A stretch of 34,433 bases of DNA from an uncultured Clostridia bacterium. GTDB lineage: Bacteria; Bacillota; Clostridia; Christensenellales; CAZKXV01. Location: positions 1 through 34,433 of the forward strand of contig CAZKXV010000001.1 in the NCBI GenBank assembly GCA_964556835.1, given 5' to 3'. Below are positions 19,624 through 28,004 of this stretch, piece after piece. The translations under genes were made by a program, and so were the position numbers. Each line of letters opens with the position of its first letter. The first letter of the stretch is position 1. A model generated the notes under the pieces. That model was not told where the DNA came from. It saw only the letters and a program-made list of their open reading frames with translations, and did not search any database.

Positions 19624-20514
19624 TTAATAATTAAGTGATTTTGTTATGTAATCATATGCATATTTTGCATAAGCTAAGGGGTTCGCTTTTTTCGGGTCTT
19701 GTTCAGCCTCAACTACTAACCAGCCTGTATAATCATTTTCTTGTAAGACTTTGAATATTGGGTTAAAATCAATATTGCCATCGCTAGGCACAGTAAATAC
19801 TCCTTCGATAACTGAGTCTAGAAAGCTAAGTTCATTGACTAATGCACCAGCAAGTATAAAATTACGAGTATCTTTCAAGTGAATGTGTTTGATACGCTTA
19901 ATATATTTATTAAGCAAGAATAAAGGGTCAATATCATCATAAGAACAATGACCAGTATCGAATAATAAATTGACATATTGAGGATTAGTAGCTTCCATAA
20001 ATCTATCAATTTCAGCTATTGTCTGAATGCCGGTGCACATATGATGATGATAACTCATTACCATTCCTTTGTCGTATGCTATCTTACCTAATTTGTTAGC
20101 ACCTGCAATAACACTCTCCCATTGGGATTCATTAAAAGCAGACTCTCTGACAGTTACAGGAATATTCTTCTGTTGGGTTGAAGTACCTTGTTCGCTAATC
20201 CCTATATTAGTGCAACCTATAGAAAGTAAGAAATCACAGAACTCTATAAATAATTTCTCAGTATATTCGTAAGGCTTAGTTGATAGGTATGTACTGAACC
20301 AAGAATTGCAAATCTTCAAATTTCTTAATGATAATTCATTATTTAGTTCGGTAGCATCTTTTGGGAAACAACCTCCTAATTCAGTACCGCTAAAACCTGC
20401 TTGTGCTACTTCTTCTAGAATTTGTTTGTAACATGTACCTTTTCCAAGTTCGGGTAGGTCATCATTTACCCAGCCAATAGGCGCTATAGCTAATTTAATA
20501 TTGCTTTTGGTCAT
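19624..20514 (-). CDS. iolE: Inosose dehydratase
   Basis: LAIAPIGWVNDD N-terminus, YHHHMCTGIQT, and VVEAEQDPKKANPL motifs match B. subtilis IolE closely. The RBS is AAGGAG. Confidence 0.85.
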   Translation of the reverse strand: MTKSNIKLAIAPIGWVNDDLPELGKGTCYKQILEEVAQAGFSGTELGGCFPKDATELNNELSLRNLKICNSWFSTYLSTKPYEYTEKLFIEFCDFLLSIGCTNIGISEQGTSTQQKNIPVTVRESAFNESQWESVIAGANKLGKIAYDKGMVMSYHHHMCTGIQTIAEIDRFMEATNPQYVNLLFDTGHCSYDDIDPLFLLNKYIKRIKHIHLKDTRNFILAGALVNELSFLDSVIEGVFTVPSDGNIDFNPIFKVLQENDYTGWLVVEAEQDPKKANPLAYAKYAYDYITKSLNY

Positions 20515-20516
20515 CT

Positions 20517-22445
20517 TTAGTATCTCCTTGATTTATTCAATTCCTTTTTCATCGCTTTTGTTGCGATTGTAATACTTTCTTTTTCTGCAATTTCAGCATT
20601 TCCAACTCTCCAGAATGATTCATATCCATCAGTCATAGTCTTAGGTAATACTTTTATATCAATTAAGGTACTGACAGTTTGTTTCTTTGAGTCCTCTATT
20701 GCTTGAATTAATTGTTGTTCATTTTTAACCGTATAAGTAATACAACCATAGGCCTTTGCATTCATTGCATAGTCAACTTTAACTAATTCGCCATTAAGTC
20801 CACTGGCTGTTCTTTTTCTTGTTTCTGTGAAGAAACTACCCATGCCGTGTCCCATTTGTAGATTGTTAATGCACCCGAATGAAATATTATCAAAGACAAG
20901 TACATTTATTTTCCTGTTTTCTTGTATGGAAGTCAAAAGCTCTGAATTAAGCATCATATATGAGCCATCGCCAACAAAAGCATAAACTTCTTTGGTAGGT
21001 TCAGCGAGTTTCGCTCCCAGTGCGCCTGCAATCTCATATCCCATACAGCTATAACCGTATTCCATATGATATGTATTAGGGCTTTTAGGTCGCCATACTC
21101 TTTGCATATCGCCAGGGAGTGAGCCGCTTGCTCCAACAACTATTGCGTCTGTTGCGAGTAAATTATTTATGATGCTAAGAACTCTGGTTTGGGTTAGGGT
21201 AGAGCCATTAATTGCGATATATTCGTCTATTTTATCATCAAGGTGTCCACTTATTTCTGGAATGAAATTATCTTTATACTTAATATTATCTAGTCTATCC
21301 AATTCCTTTATCCAAGCTTTTTTAGCGTTTAAGTATTCGTTAGTATAAGCCGACCTATATGAGATTTCTGCAAGCTCAGAGGCGATAGCTTGTAGTGCGA
21401 CTTTCGCATCAGCACAAACTCTTACAGCGTCTAGTTTATAGCAGTCGAATGCAGCTATATTTATATTGAGATAATCCACATTAGGATTCTGAAAAAGCCA
21501 CTTAGAAGAAGTGGTAAAATCGGTATATCTAGTTCCTACTCCAATAACTAAGTCGGTCTCTTTTGCGATAATATTTGCACTAAGGTCGCCAGTTGTTCCA
21601 ATCCCACCAAGGTTATATGGGTTATCCCAAACTATTGCGGATTTGCCTGCTTGTGTTTCTGCAAAAGGTATATTAAAAGCTTTTGCAAATTCTAGCAATT
21701 CTGCACCAGCCTCGCTATATTTGACACCACCACCACATATTAGTAGGGGTTTCTTTTTTGACTTAATTAATGCTATGGCTTCTTTAATCATATATGGTGT
21801 AGCGGGCGTTCTTTCTATGCGATGCACTCGTTTATCGAAAAAAGAAACTGGATAATCGTAAGCCTCGCCTTGTACATCTTGTGGTAGACAGATTGTTACC
21901 GCACCTGTTTCAGCAGGGCTAGTGAGTACCCGCATTGCGTTAATCATGGAGGACATAAGTTGTTCGGGTCTGGTTATTCTGTCCCAGAACTTGCTTACTG
22001 CCTTAAATGCATCATTTGTGGATACTGTTAAATCGTTAAACTGTTCAAGCTGTTGTAGAACAGGGTCAGGCTGTCTATCTGCGTATACATCTCCCGGTAG
22101 TAACAATAATGGCAATCTATTAGCCGATGCAGTTGCGGCTGCAGTTAACATATTAGCTGCGCCTGGTCCTACTGAAGAGGTGCAAGCATATATTCTCTTT
22201 CTTAGGCTTTGTTTGCCGAATGCGGCTGCAGCATGCGCCATTCCCTGTTCATTCTTCGCTTGATGAACGACTAATCTTCCGCCTCGCTCCTCTAATGCTT
22301 GTCCTAATCCTAATACATTTCCGTGTCCAAATATTGTAAATACTCCCTCAACAAAAGGTTCTTCTCTATCATCGAATGCTACATATTGGTTCTTAAGGAA
22401 TTCTATAAGTGCTTGAGACATGGTTAATCTAATAGTTCTGCTCAT
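20517..22445 (-). CDS. iolD: 3D-(3,5/4)-trihydroxycyclohexane-1,2-dione hydrolase (ThDP-dependent)
   Basis: [20 protein letters not shown]-terminus and ThDP motif [12 protein letters not shown]. The start is set at the ATG at 22445, which makes an ATGA overlap with the iolB stop and has GGGGG upstream. The ORF track gives 22460. Confidence 0.9.
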   Translation of the reverse strand: MSRTIRLTMSQALIEFLKNQYVAFDDREEPFVEGVFTIFGHGNVLGLGQALEERGGRLVVHQAKNEQGMAHAAAAFGKQSLRKRIYACTSSVGPGAANMLTAAATASANRLPLLLLPGDVYADRQPDPVLQQLEQFNDLTVSTNDAFKAVSKFWDRITRPEQLMSSMINAMRVLTSPAETGAVTICLPQDVQGEAYDYPVSFFDKRVHRIERTPATPYMIKEAIALIKSKKKPLLICGGGVKYSEAGAELLEFAKAFNIPFAETQAGKSAIVWDNPYNLGGIGTTGDLSANIIAKETDLVIGVGTRYTDFTTSSKWLFQNPNVDYLNINIAAFDCYKLDAVRVCADAKVALQAIASELAEISYRSAYTNEYLNAKKAWIKELDRLDNIKYKDNFIPEISGHLDDKIDEYIAINGSTLTQTRVLSIINNLLATDAIVVGASGSLPGDMQRVWRPKSPNTYHMEYGYSCMGYEIAGALGAKLAEPTKEVYAFVGDGSYMMLNSELLTSIQENRKINVLVFDNISFGCINNLQMGHGMGSFFTETRKRTASGLNGELVKVDYAMNAKAYGCITYTVKNEQQLIQAIEDSKKQTVSTLIDIKVLPKTMTDGYESFWRVGNAEIAEKESITIATKAMKKELNKSRRY

Positions 22446-23236
22446 TTTTCTGACCCCCATATTTTCGCATTAGAGTCATTGACCCAAGTATGCTCTTCTA
22501 CAAATGTAGGAGTAATGTATCTGTCATTTTCTAAGTGTCTGATTACCCATACGTATAACATTGCGTAACCGGGTGCTGTTGTCTGGGGATGCGTTGCTCC
22601 TGCGGGTATTAATACGGCATCATTTTCTCTTACTTTCACCACATCTTCGCCTAATTCGCAGAAACCATATCCATTGACAGGATTGAATTTGTAGAAATAT
22701 ATTTCTGGTTGTGGATGATGATGAGGCGGATAACTAGACCATTTACCGGGGTAATCTATCACTTCGCCTAATACTAAGTTTGCATAAGGGGCATTGCTAT
22801 TATCGAATATTGTACGCACATTCCTTGTGCTTGTATCGCCCATTGTACCTTTGCCACGCATTTCAGATGCAACATCTTCTGATGAGTAAAATACAGGTTC
22901 AAATTCGTTATTATTTGTAGTTGCTTGATATACTAACTCCGCTTGTTTGCTAGTGCATATTATCTCGACTTTAACTCCTTTGGGGATATGCAGGCATACA
23001 CAAGATACATTAAATGGATTAGAACGCTCCGCTTTAATACTTTTTCCATTGTAATTGAAAATGACACTGCCTTTCATAAGTAAATATGCACGCTCAAGAG
23101 GTTCTTCATTTACTATTTTATCACCACTTTCGAGAAGAAATAGTCCAAAGTCCATTAATGCACTTTTATAGTTGCCGTTCATTTCAGTAATGCTGTTGTA
23201 TCCTCTGATATAGGGTGAATCTGATCTTATTCTCAT
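22442..23236 (-). CDS. iolB: 5-deoxy-glucuronate isomerase
   Basis: Cupin-type protein with the [16 protein letters not shown] motif of IolB. It is the first gene of the iolB-D-E operon. Confidence 0.85.
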   Translation of the reverse strand: MRIRSDSPYIRGYNSITEMNGNYKSALMDFGLFLLESGDKIVNEEPLERAYLLMKGSVIFNYNGKSIKAERSNPFNVSCVCLHIPKGVKVEIICTSKQAELVYQATTNNNEFEPVFYSSEDVASEMRGKGTMGDTSTRNVRTIFDNSNAPYANLVLGEVIDYPGKWSSYPPHHHPQPEIYFYKFNPVNGYGFCELGEDVVKVRENDAVLIPAGATHPQTTAPGYAMLYVWVIRHLENDRYITPTFVEEHTWVNDSNAKIWGSEK

Positions 23237-23272
23237 TATGAAAACTCTCCTTGCTTGTTAATGAATATCAAC

Positions 23273-23301
23273 ATTATACTATAATTTACTAGCTTGTACA
23301 A
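23273..23301 (-). promoter_or_regulatory. Candidate promoter of iolBDE
   Basis: On the minus strand, TTGTAC - 17 nt - TATAAT, about 35 nt upstream of the iolB ATG. The RBS is AAGGAGAG. Confidence 0.5.
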
Positions 23302-23302
23302 G
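23293..23302. promoter_or_regulatory. Candidate operator: perfect 10-bp palindrome overlapping the iolB -35
   Basis: CTTGTACAAG is a perfect palindrome, flanked by TAGCT direct repeats. Confidence 0.3.
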
Positions 23303-23372
23303 TAGCTATATTATTTTTTGTAATAAAAATTAGTATTATTTAATCTAATATGCTTGAATTACAAATATTAAT

Positions 23373-23402
23373 TTGCCATTATTTGCGTAAATGGTGTATA
23401 AT
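23373..23402 (+). promoter_or_regulatory. Candidate promoter of the lacI-gap-pgk-larA-like operon
   Basis: TTGCCA - 18 nt - TATAAT. The spacer contains the near-palindrome ATTTGCGTAAAT (23381-23392) with a central CG. Confidence 0.4.
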
Positions 23403-23439
23403 GAATAAATTATGATGATTATCTTATGTGGAGCAGGAG

Positions 23440-24453
23440 ATGACTAAATACGATGTAGTAACAATTGTTGATATAGCTGAACGTATAGGTGTATCATGTG
23501 CTACTGTTTCACGTGCATTAAATGGCAAAAAGGGTGTTGGAGAGAGAAAACGCAAAATGATAATTGAATTGGCGAACGATTTGTGTTATGAACCAAATGC
23601 TATTGCGCAAGGCTTAAGAGAGAAAGCATTTAAGACTATTGGTTTAGTAATTCCCGATATTGCAAATCCATTATATCCTGCTATAGCTCGTGGTGTTGAG
23701 GACAAGGCTTTAGAATATGGGTATAATGTATTTTTATGTAATAGTAACTGGAGTGTTGAGATTGAGCAGACGCAGATCAAATCATTAAAACAGCTTAGAG
23801 TTGCGGGGTTAATACTTAATCCTACTTCTGATATTTTTGAAGATAATTATAAAGACACTAATATACCTAGTGCATATATTAGTTCAAGGCTAGATGAAAG
23901 GTATAAGCCTTATGTGGGAGTTGATAATGTTCAAGCAGGCTTCATTGCGACTGAATACTTAATTAAATGTGGTTATACTAGAATAGGATTTATCGGTGGA
24001 ACTGCAAAATCTTATGATAGCGAGACTAGATACGAGGGTTATCTCAAAGCGCTTAAACACTATGGCTTAAATTGCGATGAAAGTTTATGCGAATTCGGTT
24101 GGTATAGCTTGAGAAGTGGTAAGAATATCATGACTAAGCTACTTGAACTTGACAATCCATGCGATGCGGTTTTCTGTGCTAATGATACTATAGCTATAGG
24201 GGCGCTGAGCGCTGCTAATAGTATGAATATAAGTGTACCTGATGAGTTAGGTATTATGGGTTTTGATAATATAAGTATGGCAGAAATTCCACAACTTGAG
24301 CTTAGCACAATTTCTATTCCTAAGTATGAAATGGGAGTAGCCGCAGTGGAATTGCTAATGCAAGTTATACAAGGAACAGAGGGCGAAGAGCATAAAGTTC
24401 TTGAACCTGAATTAATAATAAGAAAAACAACAAAAAAATTGTTCGGAGGATAA
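23440..24453 (+). CDS. LacI-family transcriptional regulator
   Basis: N-terminal HTH VTIVDIAERIGVSCATVSRALNG followed by a periplasmic-binding-protein-like sugar-binding core. The ATG at 23440 has GGAG 6 nt upstream. The ORF track starts at the GTG at 23428. Confidence 0.9.
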   Translation: MTKYDVVTIVDIAERIGVSCATVSRALNGKKGVGERKRKMIIELANDLCYEPNAIAQGLREKAFKTIGLVIPDIANPLYPAIARGVEDKALEYGYNVFLCNSNWSVEIEQTQIKSLKQLRVAGLILNPTSDIFEDNYKDTNIPSAYISSRLDERYKPYVGVDNVQAGFIATEYLIKCGYTRIGFIGGTAKSYDSETRYEGYLKALKHYGLNCDESLCEFGWYSLRSGKNIMTKLLELDNPCDAVFCANDTIAIGALSAANSMNISVPDELGIMGFDNISMAEIPQLELSTISIPKYEMGVAAVELLMQVIQGTEGEEHKVLEPELIIRKTTKKLFGG

Positions 24454-24454
24454 G

Positions 24455-25480
24455 ATGAATAAAATTAAAGTAGCAGTAGTAGGATATGGCGTTATAGGTC
24501 AAAGATTAGCAGATGGAGTAAGTTATCAAGCAGATATGGAGTTAGTGGGTATTGTTGATGCCGCTCCAACTCTCACAATGATGACTTTACTAGAAAAGGG
24601 TATGCCATATAAAGTATATGCGGCTTTTCCTGAAGCAAAAGAACAACTTGAAAATGCAGGTATTCCAGTAAGCGGACTAATGACAGACATATTACAACAG
24701 GTAGATGTTGTACTTGATGCAACTTCTGCGGGTATTGGTGCGAAGAACAAAGTGCTTTATGAGAAATATAATGTCAAAGCTATCTTCCAAGGCGGAGAAA
24801 GTAATGATGTGGCAGATGTATTCTTCCATGGATATGCTAATTATGAGAAAGCCTTAGGCAAAAGCTTCTTGAAACTTACTAGTTGCAATACTACAGGTCT
24901 AATTCGTGCGGTTGATTGCCTTGACCGTATGGTCGGCATAGAAAAGATAGCTATTACAATCGTAAGAAGAGTAGCTGACCCTGGTGATTATCATAGAGGC
25001 TTGACCAATGCCCTACAAGTAGATAAAGCTCCTAGTCATCAAGCTCTTGACTTGATGACCATTATGCCACATATCGAGGCTACTGGTATTCTTGTTCATA
25101 CACCTATTACACACGGACATTTTATTACTGTAGTTGCTACTCCGAAAAAAGATATTTCTGTAGAAGAAGCTATTAACGCTTTTAGAGCTCATCCAAGAAT
25201 TAAGATGGTTACAATCGACCAAGGCTTCTTAGGTAATGCTTCTGTATTCAAATATGCTAGAGACTGTGGCAAACTGCGTGGTGATGTATATGAGATATAT
25301 GTATGGGAAGATTTAATTGTGAAATCTGGCAAAGATATTATGTTTGGTATACATATTCCACAAGAATCCGTAACTATTCCAGAGACAATAGATGGTATCA
25401 GAGCACTTATGAATATGCAAATTGATAGAATTGAAGCTACTAATGAAACCAATAAATACTTAGGTATGGAGCAGAAATAA
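24455..25480 (+). CDS. Class II (archaeal-type) glyceraldehyde-3-phosphate dehydrogenase homolog
   Basis: The protein is collinear with archaeal GAPDH: VVGYGVIGQR, GIGAKN..KAIFQGGE, catalytic TSCNTTGL (Cys144, nt 24884-24886), VRRVADP, and QESVTIPE. The bacterial GapA signature SCTTN is absent. The RBS is GGAGGA. The gene starts 1 nt after the lacI stop. Confidence 0.85.
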   Translation: MNKIKVAVVGYGVIGQRLADGVSYQADMELVGIVDAAPTLTMMTLLEKGMPYKVYAAFPEAKEQLENAGIPVSGLMTDILQQVDVVLDATSAGIGAKNKVLYEKYNVKAIFQGGESNDVADVFFHGYANYEKALGKSFLKLTSCNTTGLIRAVDCLDRMVGIEKIAITIVRRVADPGDYHRGLTNALQVDKAPSHQALDLMTIMPHIEATGILVHTPITHGHFITVVATPKKDISVEEAINAFRAHPRIKMVTIDQGFLGNASVFKYARDCGKLRGDVYEIYVWEDLIVKSGKDIMFGIHIPQESVTIPETIDGIRALMNMQIDRIEATNETNKYLGMEQK

Positions 25481-25481
25481 T

Positions 25482-26720
25482 ATGAAAATGAACAGGTTAT
25501 CCGCCTATGACTATTCTAATAAGACCGTACTAGTCAGAATAGATATTAATTCGCCAATAGACAGTATTACAAAGAAAATTGTAAGTAGGAACAGATTAAC
25601 AAAATCTATTCCCACTTTGAAATATTTGATTGACAGTGGTGCTAAAATCGCAATTATAGCTCATCAAGGGGACACTTTAGATTACTATAACTTAATCTCT
25701 ATGCAAGAGCATAGCGAGATACTAAGCGAGTTATTAGGACAAAGCGTAAACTACATAGATGATGTAGCAGGCGATTGTGCAATCGAAGCAGTTAAGAACT
25801 TGAAGAGTGGGGAAATAATATTGCTAGGAAATTTGAGGTATCTTGCCGAAGAAATTTCCACATTTGAAGAGGTAGTGAAACTTACCCCAAATGAAATGTT
25901 AGATTGCTACCTTGTAAGAAGATTGGCGCCATTATTCCAATATTATATAAATGATGCTTTCAGTGCAGCGCATAGAAATGCACCATCAATGGTCGCTTTT
26001 CAAGAGCTATTGCCGAGTGTAGCGGGCGAGTTGTTTTATACAGAAATAGAGAACCTTGACCGTATTATGAGTGCACCTAATAAACCATCTGTGTTCGTTC
26101 TTGGCGGTGCTAAGATTTCGGATGCTTTCGGAATGATGGAACAAGTTCTTATGAATGGTACAGCGGATACTATTCTAACCGCTGGTGTGACAGGGCTTGT
26201 CTTTATGATAGCAGATGGTATAGATGTAGGAAAGATGACAAACAAGTTCTTGGAAGATAGAGGATTAACTAGTTTCATCGATGATGCTAGAAAATATCTT
26301 AAAACCTATCCAAATAAAATTAAGTATCCAATAGATATATGTTATGCCGAAGCGGGGATACGTTACGAAGTTACTTGTGATAAGTTACCACTTGAAAAGA
26401 GTTTTCTTGATATAGGTTCATTAACTATAGCAAGTTACCAGAAAATATTATTGGAGGCGAAAACCATATTTGTAAATGGTCCAGCAGGGGTATACGAGCA
26501 AGAAATATTTGCGATAGGAACTTGTGATATTTGGAAAGCTATAGCCGCTAGTAATGGGTACAGCGTTATAGGTGGCGGTGATACCGTTAGTGCAGCATCG
26601 AAATTTATAGACCTTAAAGATATTGGTTATGTATGTACAGCAGGGGGTGCAATGGTTCGTTACCTGAGTGGAAAGACGCTTCCCCTTATAAAGGCGATGC
26701 AGAAAGCTTACAAAGAATAA
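25482..26720 (+). CDS. pgk: Phosphoglycerate kinase homolog, archaeal-like
   Basis: PGK motifs VLVRIDINSPID, IIAHQG, LLGNLRY..EE, NDAFSAAHR, VLGGAKISD, and IGGGDTVSA are present in order. Length is 412 aa. The gene starts 1 nt after the GAPDH homolog. Confidence 0.85.
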   Translation: MKMNRLSAYDYSNKTVLVRIDINSPIDSITKKIVSRNRLTKSIPTLKYLIDSGAKIAIIAHQGDTLDYYNLISMQEHSEILSELLGQSVNYIDDVAGDCAIEAVKNLKSGEIILLGNLRYLAEEISTFEEVVKLTPNEMLDCYLVRRLAPLFQYYINDAFSAAHRNAPSMVAFQELLPSVAGELFYTEIENLDRIMSAPNKPSVFVLGGAKISDAFGMMEQVLMNGTADTILTAGVTGLVFMIADGIDVGKMTNKFLEDRGLTSFIDDARKYLKTYPNKIKYPIDICYAEAGIRYEVTCDKLPLEKSFLDIGSLTIASYQKILLEAKTIFVNGPAGVYEQEIFAIGTCDIWKAIAASNGYSVIGGGDTVSAASKFIDLKDIGYVCTAGGAMVRYLSGKTLPLIKAMQKAYKE

Positions 26721-26750
26721 TTATAGAAATAAACATAAGGAATATTACTA

Positions 26751-28004
26751 ATGATTACTCATAATCTTAAGTTTAATAAAGAAATCCTAAGTTTCGATAT
26801 TGAAGAAGACAACTTAATTAGCTGTCTTATTCCTAATGCTATAGATTATGAATTTAAGAGTACAGAGGCGGTTAGAAATGCTATACTTAATCCTATAGGA
26901 ACAGCTCGCTTAAAAGACATTGTAAGTAGAGGTGAAACTGTTGCAATAGTTACTAGTGATATTACTAGACCTATGCCATCTAAGACCGTTCTTCCATTTG
27001 TGATAGAAGAATTACTTGAGGGCGGTATCAAAGAGTCAGATATTTTCATTGTGCTTGCACTAGGAAGTCATAGAAAGCACACAGCCGAAGAAATGAAATA
27101 TTTAGTAGGTAATGATATTTATAATAGTGAAATAAGAGTAATGGACAGCGATATGGAAGATTGTGTTTGCTTAGGTAAATGTAAGAATGGAACACCAGTA
27201 GATATTTATACGCCAGTAGCTGAAGCGGACAGAGTTATTTGCTTGGGTAATGTCGAATTTCATTATTTTGCAGGATACAGCGGAGGTGCGAAAGCACTTA
27301 TGCCAGGGGTATCAAGTTGGGAAGCAATACAAGCTAACCATTCTAATATGGTCAAGGCGGGTGCAGAAGCGGGTAATTTGATTTCTAATCCAGTTCGCCA
27401 AGATATTGAAGAAACAGCAGAATTTATTAAGATAGATTTTATTGTTAATGTTGTACTAGATGATAAGAAAGAGATTGTAGGGGCAGTAAGTGGACATTAT
27501 TCTAAAGCACATAGAGTAGCTTGCAAAATGTTAGATAGACTATACTCTGTAGATATTGAAAAGAGAGCTGATATTGTGGTCGTTTCGGCAGGCGGGTATC
27601 CTAAGGATATCAATATATATCAAGCACAAAAAGCGTTAGATAACGCAAAAGGCGCTGTTAGAGAAAGCGGGATTATAATTCTAGTAGCAAGTTGTAAAGA
27701 GGGGTTTGGAGAGCATACTTTCGAAGAGTGGATGACTACAATGACACCTGATAAAATGATAGATACAATCAAAAAAGATTTTAAGCTTGGGGGACATAAG
27801 GCAGCAGCTATCGCTATGATACTCAAGAAAAATAAGATTTTTCTTGTTAGTGATTTGGATAATGCGATAGTTCGTAGTATTGGTTTTGAGCCATTTGCGA
27901 CTGTTGATAATGCTCTTTATCAAGCATATAAGGAGATAGGGGAGAAGGCACAACTATACATTATTCCTTATGGAGGCTCAATTCTACCTAAACTAAAGAT
28001 ATGA
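26751..28004 (+). CDS. LarA-family nickel-pincer-nucleotide-dependent 2-hydroxyacid racemase/epimerase homolog (DUF2088 type)
   Basis: SDITRP, LGSHR (His107), FHYFAGYSGGAK (His171, Lys181 at nt 27291-27293), and ANH (His197). The spacing is the same as His108/His174/Lys184/His200 of L. plantarum LarA. Confidence 0.85.
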   Translation: MITHNLKFNKEILSFDIEEDNLISCLIPNAIDYEFKSTEAVRNAILNPIGTARLKDIVSRGETVAIVTSDITRPMPSKTVLPFVIEELLEGGIKESDIFIVLALGSHRKHTAEEMKYLVGNDIYNSEIRVMDSDMEDCVCLGKCKNGTPVDIYTPVAEADRVICLGNVEFHYFAGYSGGAKALMPGVSSWEAIQANHSNMVKAGAEAGNLISNPVRQDIEETAEFIKIDFIVNVVLDDKKEIVGAVSGHYSKAHRVACKMLDRLYSVDIEKRADIVVVSAGGYPKDINIYQAQKALDNAKGAVRESGIIILVASCKEGFGEHTFEEWMTTMTPDKMIDTIKKDFKLGGHKAAAIAMILKKNKIFLVSDLDNAIVRSIGFEPFATVDNALYQAYKEIGEKAQLYIIPYGGSILPKLKI

